A stretch of 64,000 nucleotides of DNA, taken from contig OZ024740.1 of the NCBI GenBank assembly GCA_964016885.1, positions 156,116,001 to 156,180,000 on the forward strand, given 5' to 3'. The notes under the pieces are model-generated. The model worked only from the letters and a program-made list of their open reading frames with translations. It ran no database searches and had not been told where the DNA came from. The translations under genes were made by a program, and so were the position numbers. This DNA comes from Eledone cirrhosa. Its lineage: Eukaryota. The stretch's first letter is position 1. Every line of letters starts with the position of its first letter. Positions 55,901 to 64,000 of the stretch are shown here, in pieces.

Positions 55901-57952
55901 TAATGATGATGACGATGGAAATGTTGATGATGGTGATGATGTTGGTGACGATGACGATGTTAACGACAATGATGATAAGGATTTACTTCTCAGCTTTGCT
56001 AAGTGTTTACGTTGCTGACATCTATATTGAACTGCCAACACTGAACAAGTCAAGGTGAAGAAGCATCTATATTGACACCCGATATGCTCGAAATGTAAGT
56101 TCACACCTTATTATTTCAAAACAGGAAATATAGAAAAGGGAATGAAAATTTAGTGACATTAAAAAAATAAATAAATAGCCACAGGTAGAATATCTTTGAT
56201 CTCTGGATCTTTCCGATTGGAACTGCACCTCCTTATAGTTTCTACCTATAGCTGAAAATAACGTTTCATTCGGGATTTCTAAATTTTAGCCACTGTATCA
56301 TGCTGAGTCACCTCTATGAATGGTGCATTTTCCATTATAGCGACCCACAACAGTATATATTTTATTGACACATATTTTATTTTATCGACTTTGGAAGTCA
56401 CCCAGAGCAGAATTTAAACGTATAGGGACGTAACTAAATACTGCAACAATAAATATTTCCAATAATCTACTCTGATTGTCAATTCGCTGCTTTAACTGGT
56501 TTTTATTAGGAGTACTTTAAAGGGATGAGAATGAGAAATAATTCCACTCTCAATGACAAAGTCGCAATTAATACGACGCAAAGTTTGATATCACGTAAAA
56601 TACGATAAATGAAAAATGAGTTGAATAGTTTTTATGTGTTTTATGAATAGCTAAAATATGATTGCTTCATTTTCATTATACAATCTAAAATCAAGTCATT
56701 CGTCAAAGAATTACAACTTCAAAATTACAAAGGTGACAAAATCGCCGCGGTATGCTGTTATACGTTGGCCAAAGAAGATAATGACGGTGCAACAACTTCA
56801 CTTTATGAGAGGATGGGACATGTTCAGCTAGTAACTTTTCATTTGTCTGTCTATCTCTGTTCTTTTCTTTTTCTCTCTTCCCTCTCTCGCATTGTGTAGT
56901 CATTAAAAACTTGAGAGAGTTTCTATACTGTCGATCAAAATGATTGAAAGAGTATCCAAGTCCCCGTCAAATAACACATTCTCCAGGCTTAAAAGTAAAA
57001 AAGAACCCATTAGATGTACCACTCTTGGAAAAAACCCACTTTTAGAACATCTTTGATTTTGATCTTGGAATGAATACGTTTGCTCCACTAAATTGAATGT
57101 GTGTTGAATATTAACGATGACAACTTACTTGTAGTATTCAACTGGAAATTCCAGCGGGAAATACTTTCATCTACTCCTGAATATTCAGCGCTGAATTGGA
57201 TTACACGATTAACATTAAACTTTTTGATAATATACATTTTTCCATTGGTCACACTAACATGTGCTGTAATATATATATATATAGAGAGAAAAAAAATATA
57301 ACAGTAAATTTTGGAATAGAGATGGGTATATGCAAATACATTCATAGACACGATTCAAAGAGGTAGATTTCTATATGGTTACTATAAGCAAGAGATAGAA
57401 GCCAGATTCCCCTAAATCTACATCCAACTGTTTTAAACAAAGAAAAACAACGTACTTATGTATTCACACACCATATAGAAAGATCGTGACCGGAACGATT
57501 TTGATCGTATGTCTACTGGATCAGAGATGACCTAAGGTTAAGCAACAACAACAAACATATAAACATTCACACATACACGCACACACACACCTTAAATAAA
57601 TAAAACTGCCTGAGCATATATATAGGCTGATATGGTGTTCAATAATAACAATATTAACATATTTCATGGTTTGTGTGTTTTACACTAGCAATTTTATCTT
57701 TATGAGTGCATCTGAATTTATTGAAAATACCTTGGAAATTTATTTATTGAAAATAAAGGAAAAATAGCGTTGTAAAAACTTACAGTCATTGGTTTTGTAA
57801 ATTAGCGCTCTATTGCTTATATTCTTGCAGTCAATGTAGATGATCGGTGTCGTATTGAGCGTTATATTTGTAAATTTGCTGGGAACAACGGCGCATTGAG
57901 TTTTGGGATAGAAATTGAAATCAACTCTTTTGATCACATTATTAGCGGGAAA
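8584..57952 (-). CDS. spliced multi-immunoglobulin-like-domain extracellular glycoprotein gene (5' incomplete; about 24 exons and ~1,385 aa in the window)
   Basis: Chain of exons with canonical AG/GT sites that joins in frame through phase-1 introns; repeated Ig-like Cys(B)/Trp(C)/Cys(F) patterns (NFTC..YSWF..VNC; TFSC..FQWY..ITC); dense N-x-S/T sequons. Confidence 0.8.
8855..9740 (+). mobile_element. 5'-truncated Penelope-like element (GIY-YIG endonuclease + 3' pLTR) with a short inverted 5' terminus
   Basis: ORF 8841-9278 has Cys linker, NVVYSIIC, YIGET, EH; ~8855-8900 is the reverse complement of ~9694-9740; ends in (TA)n. Confidence 0.85.
9584..9625 (+). ncRNA. hammerhead-like motif, probably degenerate
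   Basis: CTGAGGAG-GTCACA-GAATG-TGTGAC-GAAA-GAGCTTT in the Penelope 3' region; stems I and III are weak. Confidence 0.4.
10300..12730 (-). mobile_element. Penelope-like element 3' part (RT C-terminus remnant, GIY-YIG, long 3' region)
   Basis: ORF 11803-12372: CNCKKRAECPLNGECL, NIVYRC, YIGATSTTFKERWYNH, CRLCLAE, CRH. Confidence 0.85.
10365..10445 (-). ncRNA. degenerate extended-stem-II hammerhead motif
   Basis: Minus strand: CTGCCGA-TTATTGA...TCAGTGGC-GAAAC-GCGC-GTC; the 3' half is canonical and the 5' core is mutated. Confidence 0.5.
12780..14818 (-). mobile_element. Penelope-like element 3' part (RT C-terminus + GIY-YIG), interrupted by a SINE
   Basis: ORF 14456-14818 YINRHSNHP...RISRLS; ORF 13504-13950 CNCRQPNNCLLNGKC, NIIYQC, YVGATS; degenerate hammerhead-like motif at ~12822-12903. 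Confidence 0.85.
13995..14175 (+). mobile_element. tRNA-derived SINE inserted in the Penelope element
   Basis: Same sequence family as 50-230. Confidence 0.85.
14921..17465 (+). mobile_element. Penelope-like element: GIY-YIG ORF flanked by an inverted pair of ~800 bp pseudo-LTRs
   Basis: Coding ~15793-16423 (CDRPNCGIC, NLIYVLTC, YIGQT, R..H, E..FI); 14921-~15730 is the reverse complement of ~16620-17465; the 3' end abuts (TA)n. Confidence 0.9.
17538..17771 (-). CDS. exon E (diverged B-type, 234 nt): VKITCKLLYQNVS...IPQVTIISQ...VNYSCVANVPNADVYIAVVPSHYKNVSYSVQNAHYA
   Basis: Acceptor ttctgcag, donor gtgaga, phase 1-1; aligns with exon B (NYDCVANISNATVHV). Confidence 0.85.
18387..18587 (-). CDS. 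exon D (diverged A-type, 201 nt): DYNDSLYG...NITFSCNTNKLPPQTTFQWYLND...LTLTQASP
   Basis: Acceptor acacag, donor gtaaga, phase 1-1; Ig B-strand Cys and C-strand Trp. Confidence 0.85.
18651..18839 (-). mobile_element. SINE at the left array boundary
   Basis: Reverse complement of the SINE at 50-230; its left flank is unique sequence. Confidence 0.85.
19180..19470 (-). mobile_element. second tRNA-derived SINE family, degenerate (repeated in every unit)
   Basis: Minus strand TTTCAGGTTCATTCCCACGGCGTGACATCTTGGGCAAATGTCTT...TAGCCTCGGG resembles a common octopus SINE head and body (from recall). Confidence 0.6.
20443..20535 (-). CDS. exon C, unit 1: GNTITSGVTNITCFAVNGNQMGLIKEIVSLG
   Basis: Acceptor tttattag, donor gtatgt, 93 nt, phase 1-1. 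Confidence 0.82.
20860..21130 (-). mobile_element. fragment of a restriction-like-endonuclease (CRE-type) non-LTR retrotransposon (repeated in every unit)
   Basis: GC-rich island; KY..L(frameshift)TNRFFFAPASIETSG...ADFLRKVG matches the RLE-domain K-Y...F-x-P-x-x-x-E-T-x-G pattern. Confidence 0.6.
21559..21780 (-). CDS. exon B, unit 1: IPVNCTINSGNMQDSLHTTFELQQFPDVELNASVSNVIPMLNYDCVANISNATVHVTLENTLGVTTFSARGFYK
   Basis: Acceptor ttcttttattttcgattaag, donor gtaagt, 222 nt, phase 1-1. Confidence 0.85.
22548..22766 (-). CDS. exon A, unit 1: VISQMIRLTAKLEGNGGANFTCYTYYNIANLNYSWFISGKPV...FTSGDR
   Basis: Acceptor ttttttccag, donor gtacgt, 219 nt, phase 1-1; Ig Cys and Trp. Confidence 0.85.
23040..23730 (-). 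mobile_element. decayed RTE-like LINE fragment (repeated in every unit)
   Basis: Peptides GVLLSE..VLERGREYFADLLNP and LFSSAISASAIKYCG*KRL resemble the RTE endonuclease-RT linker. Confidence 0.55.
24050..24365 (-). mobile_element. decayed CR1/Jockey-type RT fragment (repeated in every unit)
   Basis: KAFGRV*H..LSKLTAYDLHPSVISWIGSLLSDGT resembles KAFDRVWH..LLSKL...WI.SFLS.R. Confidence 0.6.
24665..24852 (-). mobile_element. junction SINE between units 1 and 2 (equivalent copies at ~30674-30861, 36677-36864, 42683-42870, 48688-48875)
   Basis: Left flank matches the right-boundary SINE flank and right flank matches the left-boundary SINE flank. Confidence 0.85.
26451..26543 (-). CDS. exon C, unit 2: GNSNTSGVTKITCFAVNGDQMGLIKEIVSPG
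   Basis: Same splice sites as unit 1, 93 nt, open frame. Confidence 0.82.
27568..27789 (-). CDS. exon B, unit 2
   Basis: 222 nt, intact splice sites, same peptide as unit 1. Confidence 0.85.
28557..28775 (-). CDS. exon A, unit 2 (LTAELEG variant)
   Basis: 219 nt, intact splice sites. Confidence 0.85.
32456..32551 (-). CDS. exon C, unit 3: GNSNTSGVTKITCFAVNGNQMGLIKEKIVSVG
   Basis: 96 nt; in-frame 3-nt indel relative to units 1-2. Confidence 0.82.
33576..33797 (-). CDS. exon B, unit 3 (SGAMQ / DVKL variant)
   Basis: 222 nt, intact splice sites. Confidence 0.85.
34561..34779 (-). CDS. exon A, unit 3 (YFNMVNLNYLW variant)
   Basis: 219 nt, intact splice sites. Confidence 0.85.
38462..38557 (-). 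CDS. exon C, unit 4
   Basis: 96 nt, as unit 3. Confidence 0.82.
39582..39803 (-). CDS. exon B, unit 4
   Basis: 222 nt, as unit 3. Confidence 0.85.
40567..40785 (-). CDS. exon A, unit 4
   Basis: 219 nt, as unit 3. Confidence 0.85.
44464..44559 (-). CDS. exon C, unit 5
   Basis: 96 nt, as unit 3. Confidence 0.82.
45587..45808 (-). CDS. exon B, unit 5
   Basis: 222 nt, as unit 3. Confidence 0.85.
46572..46790 (-). CDS. exon A, unit 5
   Basis: 219 nt, as unit 3. Confidence 0.85.
50469..50564 (-). CDS. exon C, unit 6
   Basis: 96 nt, as unit 3. Confidence 0.82.
51591..51812 (-). CDS. exon B, unit 6
   Basis: 222 nt, as unit 3. Confidence 0.85.
52576..52794 (-). CDS. exon A, unit 6
   Basis: 219 nt, as unit 3. 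Confidence 0.85.
54692..54950 (-). mobile_element. SINE at the right array boundary plus an adjacent partial SINE
   Basis: Same family with its own diagnostic variants (CCTCGGCGG, GGACGTAACTATGC); a second 3' fragment at ~54889-54950; unique sequence follows. Confidence 0.85.
55618..55745 (+). mobile_element. degenerate tRNA-derived SINE
   Basis: B-box GAGTTCGATCCC followed by GTTGTGCTCTTGAGCAAAC...TTGCTCCAGTTCATTCAGCTG. Confidence 0.5.
55884..55976. repeat. degenerate (GAT)n trinucleotide repeat
   Basis: Directly visible. Confidence 0.85.
56011..56106 (-). CDS. candidate exon (96 nt): SVNLHFEHIGCQYRCFFTLTCSVLAVQYRCQQ
   Basis: Pyrimidine tract then taag acceptor; weak donor gtaaac; phase 1-1; same length as C exons. 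Confidence 0.4.
57129..57263 (-). CDS. upstream exon (135 nt): SHVSVTNGKMYIIKKFNVNRVIQFSAEYSGVDESISRWNFQLNTT
   Basis: Acceptor ttacag, donor gtaagt, phase 1-1, open frame. Confidence 0.7.
57784..57952 (-). CDS. upstream exon (169 nt): FPANNVIKRVDFNFYPKTQCAVVPSKFTNITLNTTPIIYIDCKNISNRALIYKTND
   Basis: Acceptor cttactag (phase 0), donor gtaagt (phase 1); AVVPSKFTNITL resembles exon E AVVPSHYKNVSY. Confidence 0.72.
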
Positions 57953-57984
57953 CTAGTAAGTTTAAAACAGATGAATATAAATAA

Positions 57985-58015
<31 letters not shown>

Positions 58016-58029
58016 AACAACAACAATAA

Positions 58030-61000
58030 TGGTTTCTTTATTGGCCACAAGGGCTAACATGAAGAAAAACATTACAGACGGCACAGAACGGTACAGGACG
58101 ATACAAAATGGGTTTTGTAAAAAAGGTTATAACAAGATGATAGAGATATCAAACAAATTCAAACAACAAAAATTCCCCAATAGGGGGGAAACTTCCAAGC
58201 GTCACTCGTGGCGAAAACCACACAAAAGACCACGGCCACCCTGACCACCAGGGAAAGCGCCCTCTCTCAGTTTTACAATCCTCAGTCTACAGGCGCATAC
58301 TCAGAGCGGGCAATTCACTCGGACCAGACTCGCCACTTTCACCCACCTTTCAACAAACTTACTAGAAGACAGCACTTGTCTCTCCACCCTGATTTTCCTC
58401 TTCAAATAAAATGTGAAAAATTTTAATCAGGGATTCGCCGAAGAGGAAAGTGTCCGTCTTCAATCCTTTCAGCCTTGCCCTACATACAATCTCTTTCGCC
58501 ATGGCCACCAGGCAGATGAAAACTGCCCGCCTTCCTCCTCCTTAAAGAAGGAAGATGGGGCTATCTGCACAATGGACTCAGTCGATAACCGGGTCCGTCC
58601 TACACGTAGCATCAAAGTTCGACATAGCTCCACAAGTCAGCAATGCTCGGACACTGAACGGGTGCGTGCACAACGGTTTCGTCGCTCTGTGCGTATCTCG
58701 GACAGGTTCAGCTGACGGCACTTCCGTGCTTGTAGAGCTTATGTCGAACAAGCGTACTCCCCGGTAGCACTGCCAGGCCAGGGATTTCTGGAAGTTGTCC
58801 ATAGACCCCGGGCTGAAAGTTCTCTTGAAGAGAGCGAACAGCTGATCGTCTTCAACGCCCAGGGTCTCTCCGAGAACGTCATCACTCTTCCCCATCCACT
58901 ATTCCTCTATAGAACATCGAAGTGGATGTTCCACCGATACTAGTTCCCAGCTGGTAGAAGGCTGTGAGCGCTTGGAGACATTCCAGTTTCCAAGCGTTAT
59001 CCATCGGTCTTCTCCTGATCCAGGACTACAGCTCCGTTAAATAGACGAGCTGGGGAAAAGCGCGTCTGGCAAACGGTGACCACACCTGTTTACCGTCAAG
59101 GAAACACCAGAGATGTCGCAGCCTCAGCGCGTGTTTGCGCATCATCAGCCACGGCATGCCCAGCCCTCCACGTAACGGGTGTTGACAGCAGATGGATTGT
59201 CTGAACATGGGAGCATGTCCCTTCCATAAAAAGGCGCTCCATTTTTGTCAGAGTTGGGCCGGGACAAGGCACAAGGGTTAGGCGGTAGCAGATGACGGAT
59301 GCGATGAACGCATTCTCCACCTCTTTCAGGGACAGCTTACTCTCGGCCCATTTCTGGTTGAGAGTGGCCACCATGTTCGTCACCTCGCTCCAGTTTTTCT
59401 CCATCTGGAGATCCGGACCGAACCAGTCCCCGAGCAATTTAACCGGTCCTTCCGTCCAGCTCCCCACGACGCTGTCGGGCGGCATGGACTTGCCTCTCCA
59501 GGTGTCGAGCTGCAAGCCCACCGACTTTTACTGGTTTAACTTTGCTCCTGTCACTGCTTCATATTCCTTGAGAGCATATGGACATGTCCGGTGCTTGACA
59601 CCACAACGGTGACGTCGTCGGCGGAAGCCGATACGGATCTCGCACATTCTAGTTCGCGTGGGACGTCTCTCATCGCCTCCAATTTCTGCAGTAACGACTC
59701 TAGGGCCATTACGTACAAGAGTGACGAGAGGGGACAACCCTGACGGATCCAGTGCATGATGCTGAACCGCTGAACCGCTGTGCATCGCAGCAATCCAGCC
59801 CCTGAAAATGGGCCTGAAACCAGCAGCCTCGAGGACCGCCGCCAGGTACCGATGGTCGGCCCTATCAAATGCCTTAGATTGATCTAAGTTGATCAGGGCA
59901 CCACCCATGCCAGGTTCCTTAACCACCCTCTCTATGATGTATCGCATGAGGTGGAGGTTGTCGTGGATGGATCTGTCTGGAATGGCGCATGTCTGCGTCT
60001 CTCCTACCAGATTACCAACGACAAGCGCCAATCTCATTGCTAACACCTCGGCCAAAATCTTGAAATCTGTGTTTAACAGAGTTATAGACCTGAAGTTGTC
60101 TATAACGTCCCCTTTGTTCGGGTCTTTTCTCAACAGCGCCACCGCTCCCCGGCTCACAAAACAGGGAATGTTCCCGTTCTGCTGTCGGTTACAGTTGACG
60201 TCTGCCAATAGGTCACCGAACAAGTCTGGCATGTACGCATAAAGCTCGTAGGGTAGACCATCCAAACCTGGCGATTTACCCCTCGGGCAGTCAGACATTG
60301 CTTCCCGTATTTCACCTGCTGTTATCGGCTTTTCCCAATACTGCACTGCGGTCGTCGAGAGCTGCGACAGCCCCTCGAGGTATGCACTGAAGTTCATACT
60401 CCGATCTGGCCCGCCGCCGCTCCCAAAGAGTCGAGCAAAGTGCTGCTGAAAAGCCTCACACATCTGCTCGGGTTCGAGTAACATGTGCCCGTTTTGGTCA
60501 GGAAAGGATTGAATTGTGGCTTTCTTGCCACGTCGCGCCTCCACCACCCGGGCCCATTGGACAGATATTGTCCCCTCTTGTCTCAGAGCACACGCTCTAG
60601 CTCTGACAACGCAGCCTTCGTGCTTTGAATTGAAGAATTGGTCGAGTGCCAATCTTGCCGCAAGCACGTCGGTTGCGATGCCTGTCCTAAACGCCTCTTC
60701 TAGCTTTCTAACTAGCTCTCCCTCTACTCTATTTTCCTCTATTTTTACTCCTTTGCTAAACCTTATTGATTCTACTCTAATTGCCCTTTTCAGGGTAAAT
60801 CACAAATTTGTGGTCCGTATAGTCGACTACTTTAAATTGTGGACAATCTACGCTAGCCTTATCTGTTTCCCTACAAAATACCCTATCTAAATACGATCTG
60901 GATGATCCGATGCGGTTTGCCCATGTCCACATTGACACATTCGGATAATCCAGTCGATATCTGTCAGACAGTTGAAAATGTCTGAGTAGGTTGGTGAGCT

Positions 61001-61520
61001 TTTTACATCCCCCTCCCTTATTTACTAGTTCCACATAATCCCAGCGTGCATCTAAGATACCGTTACAGTCACCCACTAACACTAAAAAGCGAGACGTTCC
61101 CAGAAAGGTCTCTAGACGTCTGAAGAAATCTGGCCGTCCTGCCCCTGTTGGGGTGTAGAGAGCTACTAGCCTGAAAGCATTGCCTTCACTGCCTGTCACG
61201 TCCAGTACCACCGACTTACCTTCTGGGTCCAGGAAGATGGCCCGTATGTCCCGGACGGTTGGGAGATGCGTATACATCGTAGTCGCCGAAGATCGGTGCG
61301 AAGTCTCGTGCTTCGGAAATTCTGGCCACCACATCTGTTTAATGACCTGAGATCGTTAAGCAAGTGGCCCTGCTTCCAAGATGATCCCAGGCCACGTAGA
61401 TTTTTACTGCCTATTCTAAGTAAGGCCATGTTGGGTGAGGAATAGAGTAAGTGAGAAAGGATCACCTATCCTGATCGTGTGGGAAAGGGACAGTTTGGCT
61501 GGTCATGGGTCTCCAAGATG
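58030..61520 (-). mobile_element. decayed Tx1/L1-group LINE ORF2 (APE + RT + 3' region)
   Basis: NLRGL, LVGDCN, YLDRVF, TDH (APE); KSPGLDGLPYE, ITLLNTDFKIL, LDQSKAFDR, RQGCPLS, ADD (RT); 3' AATAAA plus (ATT)n tail; frameshifts. Confidence 0.9.
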
Positions 61521-61613
61521 ATGTCGGTGTATATCCTCTTGGTAACCGACCCTCTGAAGTCTCCAATCGCTTTGGGGAATTTTTCTTTTAAATATATATA
61601 ATGTTCTTTTTTA

Positions 61614-61798
61614 AATAATTGTTTCTACTTTTGGCACAAGGCCACAATTACCCAGTGCATTACTGGTACTTTATTTTATCGACCCCGTAAGGATGAAAGG
61701 CAAAGTTAACCTCGGCGGGATTTGAACTCAGAATGGCAAGGGCCGTAACTCTATGCGTCAAAGCATGTCGTCTGACCCTCTACCAATACTGCCAATCC
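61614..61798 (-). mobile_element. tRNA-derived SINE
   Basis: Same family as the boundary SINE. Confidence 0.85.
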
Positions 61799-61812
61799 AA
61801 ATAATGATAATA

Positions 61813-64000
61813 ATGGTTTCATTTATTGGCCACAAGGGCCGATATGTAGGGGACATTACAATAGACGGGGACAGTGGGGTTTACATATATATAACGTGTA
61901 AAAATATAAATAACAATAACAAAATAATAACAAAAATACAACAATGAAAAATTCCCCAATAGGGGGGGTGGAGGAGATAACCACCCAAGGTTGACTCAGG
62001 TACCCCATCAATCCTGAACCACCCGACGCTTCGAGAGCATCCGTGAAGGGTACCCCCTCTGCTCGAATTCACCCACCTACAGGCGCATGATCAGAGTAGG
62101 CCCATTCACACGGGCCATTCTCTCCACATTCACCCACCTTTCAGCAACTGTACTGGGAGGCAGCACTTCTCTCTCCACCCTTACCTTCCTTTCCAAGTGA
62201 AACTTGAAAAAGTTGATGAGGGATTGACCGAAGAGAAAGGTGTCTGTCTTCAGTCCTTTCAACCTGGTCTACCATAAACCTCTTTCGTTACTGCCACCAG
62301 ACAGAGGAATTTTGCCTAGCCTTCCTGGAAAAAAGAAGGCTGCGCGTCGATCTTCATTATGAACTCGGTCGTTAGCCGGATCCGTTCTACAGGCGACAAC
62401 AGCTGTTCGACATAACTCTACAAGTCAGTGATGACGGACACTGGACGAGTGTGTGCAGAACGGTTTCGTCGCTTTGCGCGCATCTCGGGCAGGTCCGTCT
62501 GACAGCACTTCCGCGCCTGTAGAGTTTATCTTGAACCAGCAGTGTCCTTTCCAGGAGCCTTTCCGAGTTGGCGAGGCGCGAACGGGGGCAAGGGATGACG
62601 GTAAGGCCGTAGTAGATAACGGACGCGATGTACGCGTTCGCCACCTCCGCCCGACCTTTCAGTGATAGCTTCCACGCAACCCATTTATGGGTGAGACTGG
62701 CTACCCTGCCCGTCACCTCGTCCAAATTCTTATCCAACTGGAGGTCTGGCTCGAACAAACCCCAAGCAACTTTGCCGGTCCGTCTGTCCAGTGCCCAACG
62801 ACGCTGTTGGACGGCATGGACTTGCCTCTCTAGATGCCGAGCTGCAAGCCCACCGACTTTTCCGGGGTAAGTTTTGCTCCCGTCAACCTCTCATATTCCT
62901 CCAATAAGTTGCCGACCATCACGGTGATGTCGTCCGCAAAAGCCGACACAGCCTATCCGCGTCCCGGTTCGAGAGGGATGCCCTGCAACAGCTCCAGCTT
63001 CCGCAGTAAAGGCTCGGGAGTCAGTACATACAGAAGGGAGGAGAGAGGGCACCTATGACGGACCGATCGGGAGATCTGAAACGGTTCCGAGAGGTGGCCA
63101 TTAACTTTGACTACTGAGCAGATGTCGCTGTGCATTGCAGCGATCCAGCTTCTGAAGACGGGGCCGAAGCCAGCTGCCTTGAGGACAGCCTCGAGGTACT
63201 AATGGTCGACCCTAACGAATGCTTTCGATTGATCTAAATTGATCAGAGCCCCACCGAAGCCAGGTTTACCCCAACCCTCTCTATGATGAATCACATGAGG
63301 TGGAGGTTGTCGTGTATGGACCTGGTCGGGATTGCGCAAGTTTGCGCCTCCCCAACCAAATCCTCGACGACAAGCGCCAACATCTTCGCTAACACCTTGT
63401 CCAAAATCTTAAACTTTGTGTTGAGCAGAGGTATGAGCCTGAAATTATCAAATGTGTCCCCTCTTGTTCTCGTCTTTCCTTATCACCGTCACTACGCCTC
63501 GGCTCACAGAACTGGGATTACTCCCGTTCTGCTGCCAGTTGCAGTAGAGCGCTTCGAGGAAATCGGAGAACAAGTCTGGCATATTTACGTAAAGCTCGTA
63601 TGGCAGACCATCCAAACCGGGTGACTTGCGCCTCGTGCAGCCGACAAGGGCATCCTGAATCTCGGCTGAAGTTATCGGCCTTTCGCAGCGCTCAGCGTCG
63701 GCCGTCGAGAGTTGCGGCAAGCCATCGAGGTAGGCACTGAATTCCACCACCGTCGCTGACCCGCCACTTCCTCCGACCAACCGAGGAAAATGTTGGCGAA
63801 AGGCCTCATACATCCGCCTGGAATTGCTCAGCTCGTGTCCGTCTCGGTCCGTCAAAGACCGAATTGTGATTTTATTACAACGCTGCGCCTTCGCTACGTG
63901 GGCCCATCGAACAGCTTTGGTTCCCCCGTTTCTCAGAGCACGTACCTTAGCACTACAAATAGCCTCATCTAATTTATCTACCAGCTCCCCATCCTTTCTA
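61813..64000 (-). mobile_element. second decayed Tx1/L1-group LINE, related to the 58-61.5 kb copy and running off the window
   Basis: KSPGLDGLPYELY, LDQSKAF, CPLSSLLY, LSLKGRAEVAN; shares the 3' end GCCCTTGTGGCCAATAAA...(ATT)n. Confidence 0.88.

Noticed and set aside
55805-56058. Asp-rich, Ser-rich and Met-rich ORFs
   Set aside because: They are products of a degenerate (GAT)n microsatellite.
56903-57088. ORF MEQTYSFQ... as a next exon after 57129
   Set aside because: It would need a ~41 nt intron, runs into a stop, and has no similarity to the module.

Overview
This is AT-rich, repeat-dense animal genomic DNA; the SINE families and microsatellite content suggest an octopus or other cephalopod (inference). 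The main feature is a large spliced minus-strand gene that the ORF track shows only as fragments. It encodes an extracellular, heavily N-glycosylated protein made of tandem immunoglobulin-like domains. Its core is a 3-exon cassette (A 219 nt, B 222 nt, C 93/96 nt; all phase 1-1; two Ig-like domains, 178-179 aa) repeated six times as a ~6.0 kb tandem array (~18.65-54.88 kb). Every unit boundary falls inside a copy of the same tRNA-derived SINE. A diverged seventh cassette (exons at 18.4, 17.5 and 8.6 kb) appears to end the gene, with no transmembrane segment visible. Further exons lie at 56-58 kb and the 5' end is probably beyond the window. Exonic differences between copies are almost all non-synonymous, and the one exonic indel is in frame. 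The rest of the window holds a 2.5 kb (TA)n-based satellite, a decayed CR1-type LINE, a cluster of Penelope-like elements with inverted pseudo-LTRs and hammerhead-like motifs, SINEs, and two decayed Tx1/L1-type LINEs. All calls were made by eye with no database searches.
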